A stretch of 64,000 nt of DNA from Schmidtea polychroa (GCA_044892525.1 CM097885.1:30816001-30880000), one strand, 5' to 3'; counted from the first letter of the stretch, positions 43,788 to 58,291 are shown. Numbers and translations: made by a program. Notes: generated from the letters alone by a model not told the origin.

Positions 43788-44059
43788 TGTAAGGAGTTAG
43801 TAAATCTCTATATAAGGTTATTATGGTTAAATGGAGAAGTGAGATCAGTTAGTAGAAATAATTATTTCTGTTAAATTTTTATATTTAAATTCTATATTAA
43901 ATTATATTAAATTAAATCAATTAAATGTATGACCAGTAATTACATTAATATTAATAATTATCACGCCTCGGTGTTTAAATACTGTAGTAAACGGCACAAT
44001 TTTGCAGTTGTTATAAAAATAAATGATTGAAGAAGACTTGAATTTAATTGCGTCTAACA
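43788..44059 (+). repeat. 5' LTR (272 bp)
   Basis: TG...CA ends, TATATAA near 43809, 3' part repeated at 50208-50316. Confidence 0.88.
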
Positions 44060-45099
44060 TGGCGACCACGACCACGGATTTATTGATAAGCAGACTATTA
44101 CCTGAGAAATTTCACAAAGGCGATGATTTAGAAAATTTTATCAAGGATTGTCGAAGGTTTTTTGGCGCGACAAAAACAACAATTAGGATGCAAGTAATAT
44201 TAACTACAACATTACTTGACAGATCGCTAATGGAAGATTATGAAGCAGCCGAAGGAAAAACTATGGAAGAGAAACTTCGATATGCATTTTCGAAACCGAC
44301 ATCATTAATGGATGATCTAAAAGAAGCTTTGAATTATGAACAAGGATCAGATTCAGCCGAAACTTTTATAGAGAAAATTAAAAAGATGACAAAGAAATTA
44401 ATAGCGCACAAATGGGATGAAGAAGAAATAGAAAAATGCCTGCTTACAAACTGTGTAAGAGATCGAGAAGTTAAAAAAGAGATCGAGATGAAAGATTTGA
44501 AAACACCAGAAGAAATAAAAGCGACAATAAAGAAATTAGAAAAGGTAAACAAAATTATGGGCCATATTAATGTTGTGAAGACTTCACCGGTTGTTCAAAA
44601 CTACAGAAGCTACAGAGATGTTGCTCAAAGAGGAATGGTAAACGGAAATAATAATTTCAAGCAGCGAAACGTCAGTAACCGACAATTGGAATGCTGGACA
44701 TGCAAGAAAACTGGTCATGTTAGTCGAGAATGCCAAATGAAAAAGAAAATGACGTGTTTTGCATGCGGAGTTGAAGGCCACTTACGGCGAGAATGTTCAA
44801 CGATTCAATGTCAGAGATGTCACTTACGTGGACACAAGGAGATTGACTGCTATACAAATTTGGAAAGAAGGAAGTTTCAAACTAATTCAAACATGAGAAA
44901 CAATAATTATTATGCCCATCGAACCACAAGCTATCAACAAAAGATCCACAATCCAGGAAGAACAATTGCAGCAATTGAAGCTAATGATGAGACGATGCCA
45001 CTTGAATATTCAGATGATGCAGAAGACAAATATGAGGATATTCAGCACCCAAAAGTACATGCTTCGACACGGGAGGCAATGATCGGAGCAATATACTAG
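44023..45099 (+). CDS. gag: Gag with three CCHC zinc knuckles
   Basis: CWTCKKTGHVSREC, CFACGVEGHLRREC, CQRCHLRGHKEIDC. Confidence 0.92.
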   Translation: MIEEDLNLIASNMATTTTDLLISRLLPEKFHKGDDLENFIKDCRRFFGATKTTIRMQVILTTTLLDRSLMEDYEAAEGKTMEEKLRYAFSKPTSLMDDLKEALNYEQGSDSAETFIEKIKKMTKKLIAHKWDEEEIEKCLLTNCVRDREVKKEIEMKDLKTPEEIKATIKKLEKVNKIMGHINVVKTSPVVQNYRSYRDVAQRGMVNGNNNFKQRNVSNRQLECWTCKKTGHVSRECQMKKKMTCFACGVEGHLRRECSTIQCQRCHLRGHKEIDCYTNLERRKFQTNSNMRNNNYYAHRTTSYQQKIHNPGRTIAAIEANDETMPLEYSDDAEDKYEDIQHPKVHASTREAMIGAIY

Positions 45100-45477
45100 G
45101 TAATTTTGATATTGATGTAAATATTGGTCATAATAATTTTAATAGTGTAAATAATCCTTATATATAATAATGTAGAACCTTTATGTAATAAAATTGGTAA
45201 TTTTAAAAAGTTTCCGTTAAATAATTTTAAATGTTATAGTTATTTTAATGCTGATCGATCTTTAATAAATAATAATAATAATCCTAAGAATCAAGAAGAG
45301 TATAATGAAATTAAAGAAGCAGAATATAATGATAAAATAGTAAATGAAAAAGTTTATAAATTTATTAAAAAGGCTAATTATTAAAAAGATAAATTAGAGA
45401 GAAAGGAAATTGGATGGATTAATGAAATATCAGAGGAGCAAAATATTTTCGCTAAAGATGAATGGAAACGACCGAAA

Positions 45478-46152
45478 TTGAGTTATGACAAAATGCAAGG
45501 TAGACCGAGTACAACTCTTGAAATTCAGGGCTATAGAATGGAATGCTTACTAGATACAGGAGCAAGAGTAAATGTAATGGCAGAAGCAGTTATGGACAAA
45601 TTAGTGAATGTGAAAATCATAAAAACAAATGAGATGTTAAGATGTGCAAATGATAGTAAATTGGAGACAATCGGAAAAATATATATTGATGTTAGAATTG
45701 GTAATATGGAAAGAAAAATAACATTTATAATAGTTAAAAATATTGTTCCAGATATAATAGGCGGAGTGGAATTGCAAAAAGAGTTTGGAATTGAATTAAA
45801 CTACATCAAGCAGAATGAAGAAGGATATAATGAATTTGTGTGTGAAATAGAAGCTAGATTTGGGGAAAAGATTACAGATAACGAGAGATGTCAAAAAGCA
45901 ATAGATATTCTAAGATTAAACGAAAATAAAAAACTGTTAGAGATTGTTAAAAACAATAAGTGTTTTTATGGCTAATAACTGGGATATCGGATGTACTGAT
46001 TTAATTGCACATAAAATCATCACAAAAGAAGGGCCAATTATGATAAAACCCAGAAGGCAACCCATCAATTTAGAGGAGAAAATAAATGCTGCTATAAAAA
46101 ATTTAGAAAATAATGATATCATAAGAAGATGTAATTCACCTTGGAATACGTC
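45478..46152 (+). pseudogene. pol: Pol 5' part (aspartic protease and RT start), frameshifted
   Basis: LLDTGA; frameshift near 45960; ...IIRRCNSPWNT is cut by the hAT insertion. Confidence 0.88.
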
Positions 46153-49100
46153 CAGGCGCGCATTATCCCATAGGCACAGTAGGCACAGTGCCTAGGGCCT
46201 ACGAATATTAAATGGCCTACGAAAATATGTATTTATACTTACGAAAAATGTATATTATAAATATTTAACCAGAGCATGAAAAAAAAATTGATTTAATTCA
46301 TAATAATTAAAAATTTATTTTCAAAAAAATATAAAAAAATAACATTAATTTAGTAAACAATTTATTCAATTATTATCTAAAATAACTTTCCTGCATTTTT
46401 TATTTGCGAATTCGACAATAACCTCATCGAAACTAATCTCTCGCATTAAATCACTTTCAATAGATAAAAGTGTTAGTGCTGACAATCGTTCCTGCCCCAT
46501 AGTTGATCGGAGACAATTTTTAATTCTTTTAAGCTTTGAAAAACTACGTTCCCCTTCCGCATTCGTACCAAATATTGATAAATAAATTCGTAACACAATA
46601 TTTACATTGGGAAAACTGGTAACTAATTTATCATTTATTTGTGCAACTAACATTTCGTTCACTGATTTTTTATCTCCATACATTCGTGAAAATAATAAAA
46701 ACTCGTCACAAAATGCATCTTCAACATCTGAAGAATATATTTGCACTAACTTGTTTGCTTTCGAAACTATTTCATCATTTGTCAAAGTTCTGTCCACTAA
46801 AAAATTAAACCTTTCATATAACATTCCGTATGCTTCAAGACGTTTACGCATCTCAATAATAAGTTTATCTACTATTATATAAAAAGATTCAATACGAAAT
46901 TTGTTACTTGCACTCAGGCTCAAACTAGGATCGGTGTTGTCTAAAACTTCGTCAAAAAATCTATTTCTTATTCGTTTACGTTGTGTATGTTGTTTATATT
47001 CGGAAGTTGTAAGTTTTTTTGCCATGGTTTCAAATTTATCAAACTCTATACGAATACCATGAAAGTAAGCTATGAGAGTTTTAAATAATTTGACAATGGT
47101 ACATAATTCTATGCCAGTCTCCTGCAGAGCTTTATTGACAATATTAATATTTTGCAATAAATCATTCCAAATAACACACATCAACGCTGTTTCAAAATTG
47201 TTCAGGTTTTTTATTAAAGATTTAGCTTCCTGCACAGCCACTGCAGGCTGACGTTCGCTTTCAGTTATTTTAAATTTCTGAATAATTCATGAATAGAGCT
47301 TTAGTAGCATCATGTCGTACAGACCATCTGGTTTCTGATAAATTTTTTACAACACAAGTATTTTCTTTCATATTGTCTTTAAATTTGGACCATCTCTGTG
47401 GTGAAGCGGAAAAAAAAAGTATATATTGCTTCTAAAATTCCAAAAAACTTTACTGCTTCCAGGCAACACTCCACAGCAGTTGAACCCACCAAATTAAGAC
47501 TATGTGCAGCACATGGAACCCATTCCGCCAGTTTATTTATTTCTCTAAATCAAGCTTGTACACCTGTATATATGCCGCTCATATTACTGGCGTTATCATA
47601 TGATTGGGACCTGCAATTTCCAATACTTATGTTATGATGTTCCAAAGTATGTCGTATAATGTCGAATAAATATTTTCCATCGTGTTGTTCAATTGCAATA
47701 AATTTTAAAAATCGTTCAACCACATTTCCACATTTAAGGACATACCGAATTATCACGGTAATTTGGTCCATATGACTAATATCAGGAGTTGAATCAATGC
47801 TGATTCCATAATATTTCGCTTCTTTAATTTCAGATATTATCTGCGTTGTTACCTTGGATTCTAGTATACCAATAAATTCTTCACATATAATATTAGATAA
47901 ATAGGAAACATTTCCTCTTCCAGGATTTCCATGTCTTCGAATATGCTCCTTTAAAAAAGGATCAAATTCGGCTATAAGATCGATACAACCAAGATAATTT
48001 CCATTATTAGAACAATTATGAATTTCATTATTCCCACGGAATGGCAAACCTCTTTCAGATAGAAATTTTATTACGGCAACTATTCTCTTTAAAACTTCAA
48101 TCCAGTATTTACATAATTTATCTTTCTCTTTCTGTAGTTCTACATCAATTTTACTGTTCTTCTGTAATTGAAACATAGCTGATACTGCGTCAAGATGATC
48201 TTTTGATTTTTCATGTGATGTAATCCTGGACATTGCATTTTTCCAATTTTAAATTGATTGAGAATTACGTTCACGTTCACTCTAGGGAAAAGCTTGCAGA
48301 TATAACAATGTACTGTTCCAGTTGATGGAGAATATATAAGCCAGTCTCTTTCGATTGTTTCCCCATTTGTTAATTTCCTGATAAAATATTCTTTACGTGG
48401 ATATCTGGTTTTGTCTCCATATTTTCTACCCTTCAAGAGAAAATTGAAATCTATATTTTGCGAAGGCTTATTTTCAGAAAAATAATTTATGAGACCAGCA
48501 GTAATATCCCAATTTGCTGGATCATTATTATATTTTAAGTTTAAATTAACTTTTGATATTTCATTAGATATTTCTATTATATTATCCTCTAAAGATATAA
48601 TTATTTCGGCAGAAGTTTGACCTTCTACTACCTCTGTCTCACCTGTATACGTGCCCTGTTTATCAGTACTAATATCTTCTGTACCACTACTACCACATGA
48701 TAATTGTTCTGAAGTTTTATTTTGATTTTGGTTTTCTGGTCCAATAAATTAGTTTACATTTGTAGAACAGCTTTCATTATTTCCTCTTGTTGCTGTTATA
48801 TATTTGAGTAGTGAACCTTTCATGTTTTTCAATGCTTCTTCTTTGACAATTTTCTTTTTACGCTTTTCTGAGCCTGACTCATGTTTTCTCTTATATCCGT
48901 CAGACATTTCTTTAAATTTTAAACTGGCTAAACTAAATATAATTTTTATAGTTAGAGGAAAATATTTAATATTATGTATACTTACTTCAAGAATTTCAGT
49001 TCTATGAACAATATACTTAATCTACACTTTTATAGATTTTATATAGAGATGCTTGTTTTTATTATTGTTAATACAACTGGAACTTTTTAATATATGTACT

Positions 49101-49556
49101 TCAATTAGAATTCCTTTTGATACAAATCACTTGTTTTTTGATTTACTATTAAATAATTTATATTTGGAATTACATATATATTAATATTTTTATTAAATTA
49201 TTATATATTTAAAAAAGAAGACTTACTTTTAAATAATTAATATTTACAGTTTACAGAAATATTATCGTTTATAAATAACATAACTATAGATAACTTTAAC
49301 AAAGAATAAACACTATTATAATTCTTAAATTTTTCTGAAAACTAATTGTAAAAAAAGTACTACAAAAAAACAATTGCAACCATAAATCCACAGCTACTAA
49401 ATACGCAAATTTAAATTCTTAAATTCTTAAATTTAAATTTTAAAAATTAGCGATATAGCTGACTTCATTAGGGATACTGTACTGACAAAAAATTATGCGA
49501 GAGGGTCTCCCAAGCTAAAAGTGCCTAGGGCCTACGAAGATGTTAATTCGGGTCTG
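46153..49556 (-). mobile_element. hAT transposon (Tip100/ZMYM1-like), 3404 bp, inserted in pol
   Basis: Perfect 8-bp TSD AATACGTC (46145-46152, 49557-49564); imperfect TIRs CAGGCGCGCATTA / TAATTCGGGTCTG; GTGCCTAGGGCCTACGAA near both ends. Confidence 0.93.
46366..48907 (-). pseudogene. hAT transposase (ZMYM1-like) with several frameshifts
   Basis: MSDGYKRKHESGSEKRK start; WLIYSP..VHCYICKLF; GLPFRG; IDSTPD; QSYDNASNM; CAAHSLNL; ETRWS; EGERSFSKLKRIK. Confidence 0.92.
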
Positions 49557-49564
49557 AATACGTC

Positions 49565-50207
49565 GTTAGTATGCGTGTGGAAAAAAGACAAAAAAGATAT
49601 CAGACTCTGTTTAGATTTTAGACAGCTTAATAAGATTACTGAAAGACAAGCTTTTTCTATGTCGAATGTAGAAAAAATTCTAGATACATTACATGGATCT
49701 AAGTACTTTAGTTCTACAGACCTTGGGAACGCTTATTATCAAGTGAAATTGGACATAGAATCGCAAGAAAAGACAGCATTTTTTACTAAAGAAGGGCAAT
49801 TTTGTTTTAATAGAATGCCTTTTGGCATTGCGGCGGCACCGGGTACATTCCAAGGATTAATGACAAAAATATTGAAAGATCTATGGAAAGAAGGAGTTAT
49901 GGTGTATTTAGACGATATTTTAATTTTTACAAGAACAATTGAAGAACATTACAATGTGTTTGAAAAAGTTCTAGAGAAAATACGGGAAGCTAAATTGAGA
50001 ATCAACCCAGAAAAATGTCAGTTATTAAAGAGCGAAGTAAAGTTTTTAGGGCACATTATTAACAGTCAGGGGATTCGGACAGATAAAAGTAAAATTGAGG
50101 CTATTAAATCATTTCAGAGGCCTAAGTGTATAAAGAATTTGAGAAGCTTTTTAGGTATATGTAACTATTATCGGAGATTTATTAAGGAATATGCAACAAA
50201 ATCAGTC
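49565..50207 (+). pseudogene. pol: Pol continuation: reverse transcriptase, truncated after YYRRFIKEYA
   Basis: LVCVWKK...RMPFG...YLDD...LRSFLG; joins directly to the 3' LTR remnant. Confidence 0.9.
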
Positions 50208-50316
50208 TTAATAATTATCACGCCTCGGTGTTTAAATACTGTAGTAAACGGCACAATTTTGAAGTTGTTATAAAAATAAATGATTGAAGAAGACTTGAAT
50301 TTAATTGCGTCTAACA
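50208..50316 (+). repeat. 3' LTR remnant (109 bp)
   Basis: Near-identical to 43951-44059. Confidence 0.9.
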
Positions 50317-50959
50317 ATGGTAATAGCTCAATAGCAATTCTTAATGGGCAATCTTTGTAGCTTTTTGTAGAATAGTCCATATCATACTCGTTATGTCGTC
50401 TTTATAACTTATGCGTTTTCTCATACACTAATATCAATGCCATTTAAATCAAATTTCACCGCCACTACCTTAATTAATCTCAATATGAACGGATTTTCAA
50501 CAGATAAATTTTCTACTTAATATTTAATTTGCTAGAAAAGTTTTCAGTGAATAAGAAATTTAAATAATCAGTAGTTTTTTCCTCTATTAGTGTAACCTTG
50601 ATATTTAATGGTGCAAATTTCTAATTAATTATTGTTTCATTTTATTTTACTTTAATTTTATATTTTAATTATTATTAAAAATTTAATATAAATTTTGGAT
50701 AAAGCTATATAATATTTCAATTAACATAATCAAATAAAAAATGCCAAATAAACAGAAATTAACACTATGAAATGAAAAATTTATAACATTTAAATTAAAA
50801 AATATTATTAATAGATAAAAAAATCCAGTAAATAAATTTTAAAATGTTAAAAAATTTTTTATCATCCAAAACATATTGGCTATTTTAGAAATATATACAA
50901 GAATTTATAATAATATTTAGATAATTCATTTATATTGAAATAAAATAAAAAAATCTTAC

Positions 50960-53900
50960 TTGACTGAGATTCTTGATCAATTGCTGGCTGACTACTAGAA
51001 TTTATTTTTCCTGTATTGGTAAACCGTGACGGAAATTCACAATTAGCAAAAGGAATTAATTCCATCTTCTCCCAATCGATATCATCAATGTGCAAAATGT
51101 CTTTTGTAGGAGTGTAGGAGCAGTTAGAACGAGTGTTCCTAGCCCGCAATATTAACTGACTTGTCTCTTTATTACGGCACAATGTATTTGTAGTGGAATT
51201 TGATTCTGAATAACATTTCTATATTGCTATATTAAATGTAATTCTAACCTAGACTAAATGGAATACCATTTCTAATAGAACTATCATTTAATCTGAAAAA
51301 TACATAAAAGAGGAATAAATAATTAAAACAAAATAAAAATTAATTTATTAATTACATTACATGCAACTTAGCATTGGTTAACTTATTAAAATTCGAACAA
51401 GAAATGAGAGCGACATAAAAATCTCAAATATCATGAGCATGTTTCATTGAGCAAGAATTTTGCAATAAAATTAAAATTCATATAAAACATGCACCAATAA
51501 CTTTTCAAGATTTTTTTTGGATATTTCCATTTAACATTTACCAACAAGCAAACTTTTAATAAAAAGAAACGCAATGTCAAATATCATGTCTAATTAGTCA
51601 CTTACATAAAGTTCATCTACTAAGCGAGCATATTATGTACCGAAGTTTTTACAGATTAAATTTATTTTATGTTACTCCTTGAAATAGATTTCTTAAAGAA
51701 AATAGGGCTAACAAAATGTATTCAATGATATATAGACATTCTGATCCTCATTAAATTACTATTACGAGTCAAGAATTGCAAAAAAATGCTTTCGGCTAAC
51801 ATCACTTTAAAAGTTACTGTACCGAAAAAGGATTTGTTAAAACATGTGAGTATGGATAATTAATTTTTATACTAATTTTTACTTTTTTTGTTTAACAAAT
51901 TAAACCAATTTCAATGATATGTGATTTTTTATATTTAATCAACCATGAACCGGATGAAGATACTTTTGAAAAAATTAAAATAATGTTTGACCACACAATG
52001 ACACATAAATGGAGCAAAGACAAGTTAATATTATATTTCATAATTCATTGTATTACGGACAAAAAGATCCAGGAGGAAATAATAATTAGAAAAGCTTTCA
52101 AAGTTAAAGACACCAAAGAAGAGTTATTAAAAAAACCAAGATAGTCAAAATAGCATTTAATGGAGGTTCGATTATTATTTAGGAAGCCCTACAGAAATCA
52201 GTTTCATTGGGAAATTGGAGCAATATCTACTGCAAAATAATGCAAAACTATGTGTTACAAGTGCTGAATCTAACTATAAGTTTGACAATAACTCAAAAGC
52301 CGGTTTTAGTAACACTTATGGCTGTTTTTTAGAAAAAAACTTAACTAAAATAAATCTCAGATCGAACATCTATAAAGTGTATTAATAAGAAGAGTTTATA
52401 AAGGATTAGAATTTTACAACAAAAAACAGCTGTCGGACAGGATTAAAAAAAATGATACGCCTGAATATTCTAGTGACATCATCAAACTTTATGACATGTC
52501 AAAAGATGAATTTCTCAAAAAAATTACTACATGACATAATTTGTTATCATTTTCCTGGAACCATACTTTGGACCGTGACCGATTTCTTTTGCTTCATAAT
52601 TCGTTTTTGTAATTTAATAACTTAGAAAAATAAAAAATAGAAAGAATGAATGTAAATATTAAATAACTAATGCCAAATTAAAAGAGAAATTAATTGACTT
52701 TTGTTAATATCGTATAGTAAAAATTATTTGTTCATAATTAAAAAACGTTGAAGTTAAATTTTAATACAAGACCACCATTGAAAGATGCATCAATACATAA
52801 ATGATCTTCGACGATATATGGGAAACATGTTCTAGTATCAAAAGGCGAAGAATAATGTCACAACTATGATCAATTCTTTGCAAGGATGAGATCATGGTTT
52901 GAATAGTGTTGTGAGAGCTTAATACTATGTAACGCGAGGGTTGTGCAAAATATTCAGAATTTATTATTGAAAACAAATGGAAACATGTGATAATTGGAAA
53001 GAGCAAATATGCATAAAATTATTTAAAATTTTTGAATATTACAACAAAGAGGTGTAAATGTAAAAATACAATTTAATTAATTACCGTGAATTTTGTATTT
53101 ATCACGCCCATAAGATAACAATCTTTCAATAATAAAACACTATCTTTATACAATATTATTAAAACACACCATATATTTGAATTTTTTACAGTGCCAAATA
53201 TTGATATTTTCAGAGGATAGATTTTATTCTTTATACATTTCATTCACATCAACATATTGTTTATTATTTTAAATTCATAAAAGTTTAACATTTTACATTA
53301 TACATTTAAAATGTTAATTTGAAAATTCTATTTTAAAAATAATTTATATAATTAATCTTTAAAGTTAATATTTAATTTTGAAATATCCACTTATGATGAA
53401 TGAAAAAAATTGTTTACGACATTAATCATTAATTGTGGACAAATAAGAGATTAATAGTAGCAAATGTAGATTTTTCTTAAGATTACGTTCCTCAAGAATA
53501 CCCGTGAAAGAATATAAATTCCATTTCGTACAAAAATAGAAGGAGGCTACTTGATTGTGATTTAGAACGAATGTAAAATTAATACTTTCTACCATTTAGA
53601 TTCGAGAAAAATGAAAATTTTCATTAAGAAGACTTTCAAAATTATAGATTTTAAATAGAAAAAATAATTATCATAAAACTTTCAATTCAGTGAAATCGGA
53701 ATTACAACTGTAAAAACTTGGGTAGTGAATTTATTAAAATTTCAAAATTGTTAGATTTTGGTTAATTTTTATAGAACACGTAGAGTTTGACTTACATTTT
53801 GGTCCTGCCGAAAGTTATAAATCCAACAAATGGTTCTTAAAATTTTTGTACTTTTACTGGTTCGTCAAGTCTTTTTCAATTACATGTTAATAAAATAAAA

Positions 53901-54073
53901 ATAAAATAAACTAACATTTTAGATTTGGAATTACTAGTAAAAATATTATTTATTGATGAAGATGTTGATACAATGGAATTGCATGCCAGGCCACTAGTGG
54001 TAGTTATAAAATCTGTTGAGGTAGTAAATGTAGACGATATAATTGTTTGAAGAATTTCTGGATCAGGTTCCGG
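50960..54073 (-). CDS. Three spliced exons of a Ser/Thr-rich protein, probably upstream exons of the 33766-39626 gene
   Basis: Exons 54073-53916, 51292-51249, 51205-50960 have GT-AG borders and consistent phases (2, 1). The start and the link to the downstream exons were not established. Confidence 0.65.
51914..52144 (+). pseudogene. Old gag relic related to the 44-kb element
   Basis: TFEKIK...THKWSKD...HCITDKKIQEEI resembles TFIEKIK...AHKWDEE...NCVRDREVKKEI. Confidence 0.55.
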
Positions 54074-57000
54074 CTGCAAAAATGAAAAAAACATTTTCAA
54101 AGAAATAAACAAAAATTAAAAAAATATAAATATTACACGACATTTGAGACGTTTTTCTAGATAATAATTATGAAACTGTTATTCAGCACCAGTAAAATCC
54201 TTGACGCCAGTCTCGAGATTTACTGCTATCATTGTCAATGTATAAGAATATAAGAACTCTCCTTTGTATAACCGGCCTCGCATAACAATAAAAGACTTTT
54301 AAAGATTATTGTAAACTAAGACTTTTGTACAGAATTAAGGCAATAACATATATGAAAGGGGAATTACTAACACTTTTGATGACATCGGCTTAAAAAAATA
54401 GACAAAAGCAATATTCAAAAGTAACATAGAAATTCAACTACATTTGTACAATGGTCTAAGTCATAAAATCTAAGCCTATAAAAGATATTTTACCAAAAGA
54501 TGAAACGACTGTAAAATTACATAACAAAAAAAATTTGAAATAACTTCCAACAGCTATTTTAATTGCTACAATTTCACTATTTTTTAATACAATAAAATTT
54601 CATAAACAAAATATGTGAGCAAAACCAATTAAAATATAACTAGTAATTTTAGAAAAGTAAAATGTTTAATTTTTATGACAGATTTTTATAAAATTTCATA
54701 GATTGAAAAATTTACAGATTAATTTTATAATACAATATGAAGGCAGAAAATAATGAATGATATTGATATATTGAATTTTTTTAAAAATCTTAAATTGCTC
54801 TTTGAAAATCAAATTTTCTACGAGTTGTGCCATTTTAGAATTGCAGACATTATTAATGCATTTAATATGGATTCCATTGTTATGAAATGACAGGAAATAT
54901 TCTATTTTTGGAATTTTAAAATTTCAGTCCTTCAAAGAAAGGTTATAACTTTATAAATAAAGTAAAATGCGTCATTTTTAGATAAAATTTTGGAAATAAA
55001 TCCAGAAAATACAACAATTCACTCATTCTAAAGCAATCGACTTTTTAAAATTTTAATAATGACAGAGTTCTAATTTATTAATCCAAATTAAGTGTTTGAT
55101 TTCATATCTTTTATAATCATTACAGTGAAGGCAACTGGAATTCAAAAGAATGAATGATAAAACAGGATTAATAGCAATTACAAGAAAATAAAATTTTAGT
55201 ATTTCCTTGAAATATATATATTATTCAGCATTGGTCCCATGAAAGAAATTTCACCTTCACCGAACTAGAAATATATTTTTAAATAAGTTATCAAAAATTA
55301 AAATAAACATAAAAAAGATTTCACAAAATTAAATATTGTTTGAAACAAGATTTTGTCATCAGATTTCTCCATAAATATGCCATTTAAATAAATTCCAAAA
55401 ATAATGGAAAACTATGAAAAGAGAACAAATCTAGCATTCTTATCCAATACAATAACAATAGTTTGAAAAGTTTCGGACAAGAGAAAGTAATGTACATCTT
55501 CAACAGAAATGTTTCTCTTACTCACAATTTAACATATTTATATTTATAAACAGTTTAAATTTGAATTATAAGTAAAATTTTAAACTAGATCACAATTTTA
55601 ACCTATAACTGTCAGTTTTATAATTGCTTTTATCAACAATATCAAGTAATAAACTTTATTTAAAACATTAAATATTCGTAGTATTTCCTCATTCAATATA
55701 TAAATCATTCTAAATGAAGTACACTCTTTCATTAAAAAACATTAAGAAAAGTTGCGCCTACCAGGAGAGACAGCGGAAAACTGTTACGACGGATTGGCAA
55801 CAAAATACATTAACATTTTCGCTAACTGTTTTATTTCTTGATAAGCAGGCTGTACTTAAATGGAAAGCTATAGTTAGCTATTCAGTAAAATAATTATACG
55901 ATAGCAATGCCACACAGATGATATTGAAACTAAACAAATTTAATTATAATTAATTAATTGACACATTTATTACAACATATTATAATATATAAATATTATT
56001 TACAATATTTTCTTAGAGTTATATATGTTGAATTTGCTAAAAATATTTCGATAGATATTTACAAATTCCAGATCATTTCATCGGTTTTTTCAAATTGAAT
56101 TTCAAAGCTAAGTTTGTAACTTTTGCAATGTTAAAAAAAAGATCTTAGGTTTGAATGAAAAAAACTTTGAATCAATATTGAAATATTTTTTTTATTAAAA
56201 AACAAAATATGATTTATATTGAAAAGCAATTCTTTTATATGAATTTTATATTCATTAGAAAAAGTATAAATATTTTGTGGAAATAAAAAGCCCTACTCAA
56301 TTTTATCTGAAGCATTGTAAAAAAATGTAGTGAAAATGTTATTCTATAATATTAATCAGCGTCTGTTGCCTAAATTATAAACTTTTATTACTTTTTACAA
56401 ACTTTGTGATTCAATTTAAATTATTATTTATTATTCAAATAAATAAATGATATAAAATGATATTTTATTCATACACACTGTACTTTTAATTTTAACATTA
56501 AAACAAAATTAATTAAGTTAATAAATTAAGCATTCACAAAAACAATCTACACACGCTCAATTTAATACCATAACTATAAAAAAAACATTCAAACCACAAA
56601 TGCTCACTACATTTCACACATTAAGTTTCGGAATCAGTGATTTTATCAACTAAACTTCAAATATTACTCCAAACAAACTTTAAAAATTAGACATGTCTAT
56701 TTTACCCATACTTGTTGGGTTCACTAATATTGTTCAATCTCCTGTGTCGACAATGTTCAAGAAATCGAGTACAGAAATAACGAGAAGTCTCTCTGATGCA
56801 ACATTACACACGTGGAATACAAATTCATGAACAACATCCGAACATGATCCAATCGGAGTTTTAGACTTGTTAATAAACCTCTTGCGTAATCAATACGTAT
56901 TTAGAGACGATCTTATAATTTAAATTGCCAAACTGCTCTTACAATATTTAAAACATTCCGACTACGGCAACACCGACACAAATTTAGGCACATCATTCTT

Positions 57001-57169
57001 ACACACACTATTAATATTATTTACATCACCATCCGACTTACACACATTAATTGAATTATCCTCAAGCATTCTCAAACATAGATTCCTAAGATTATTAATA
57101 CAAAGTAAAGGAAAAAGAAGAAAAGAATTCTATTTATAATTAATATAACATTTTTATTCAAAAGATGGC

Positions 57170-57750
57170 AACATAGAAAATTTGAGGAAGATCACAAATA
57201 ATTTAAAAGCAAATGGACTGAGAATTATGCAATGATATCAAATTCAATGGGACTTCAAATATGCATGATTTGTAATAACAAGTTGTCTAATAATAAAAAA
57301 TCAAACACTGATCGCCGCTTTCTTACAAAACACGATTCATTCATGAAAATGTATATTATTGGAGATGAAAGAAAGAAAGCTATCATGGAACTACAACGAA
57401 GAATGCAACAAACAATGTCTCAGCTTGGTAGTTAGATGCAGTTTTTGAATAATATAGCAGCAGTTAGTTTTGCTGTTTCTGAAGAGATTGCTAAGTATGG
57501 AAGACCATTTAAAGAATTACTTTCTAGCAATGGTAGAACATTTCTTCGTCTACTTTAAAAATAAAAATGAAATATTTAAAAATATTACGGACATTCAACT
57601 AATCGCAAAAACAGTTCATGACAGAACAATTAAAATGCCTGCGGATCTAGCAAATTAACAAACTGAAGACTTGAAAACAGCATTGGCATTTTTCCTTTCC
57701 GTCCAAAATTAAAACAACTTTGTTAACCAACGCAAACACAAAAATCCAAT
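57170..57750 (+). pseudogene. Degenerate, internally deleted Buster/Charlie-type hAT transposase
   Basis: FKSKWTENY, ICMICNNKL...RRFLTKH, SFAVSEEIAKYGRPF, IQLIAKTVHDRTIKM. Confidence 0.75.
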
Positions 57751-58291
57751 TAATGCCAATCTTTATTAATATATTTGAAAATAAGCTCTTTTTAATTTTA
57801 CTCGTTTAATGTGCTTTTTAATGAAGTACAATTATTTTTGTTTTGTTTTCTTATTTTCAATTATGTCCATTTTTGTTTAGTTTATTTTCACCAATTTGTG
57901 ATATTTTTAAATAAAATTTATGTTAAATAAAGTAAAAGCAATAATGAATACGTATTTTTATTTCATTCATTTGCATTTTATTTTTTGAGGCTACGCTTGC
58001 AAAACATGATCTGCTGTTTAAAGTGTACAACGAACCACTTGAAATATAAATATCTTGAATATGTAATATATTTTTGATTATTAGGCAAATAATAAAAATA
58101 TTAAACTTTCCTTCATCTTTGTTAGTGAAATGTAATATTCATGCAGAACATCGATGTTTTAAATATCATAATTCACCAATTTTTTATTCACTTTACACCC
58201 TTTTTAAATGAACTTTGCAGCACAATTTAACAGTGAATACAAGGTATATAACAAGTTATAGCAAAGTTAGTTAGATATAAATGATATAATG

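Larger units (their letters stand above)
43788..50316 (+). mobile_element. Deleted Ty3/Gypsy LTR retrotransposon interrupted by a hAT
   Basis: 5-bp TSD ATGGT (43783-43787, 50317-50321); 5' LTR TGTAAG...CTAACA; PBS TGGCGACCACG at 44060; only the last 109 bp of the 3' LTR remain; RNase H and integrase are lost. Confidence 0.92.

Noticed and set aside
50317..50400. Copia RNase H-like peptide (ITMEAKFISL) across the empty Gypsy site, minus strand
   Set aside because: Match too short, with no supporting flanking motifs.
56700..56900. Candidate further exon of the unknown gene
   Set aside because: All three minus-strand frames stop before the apparent donor site.
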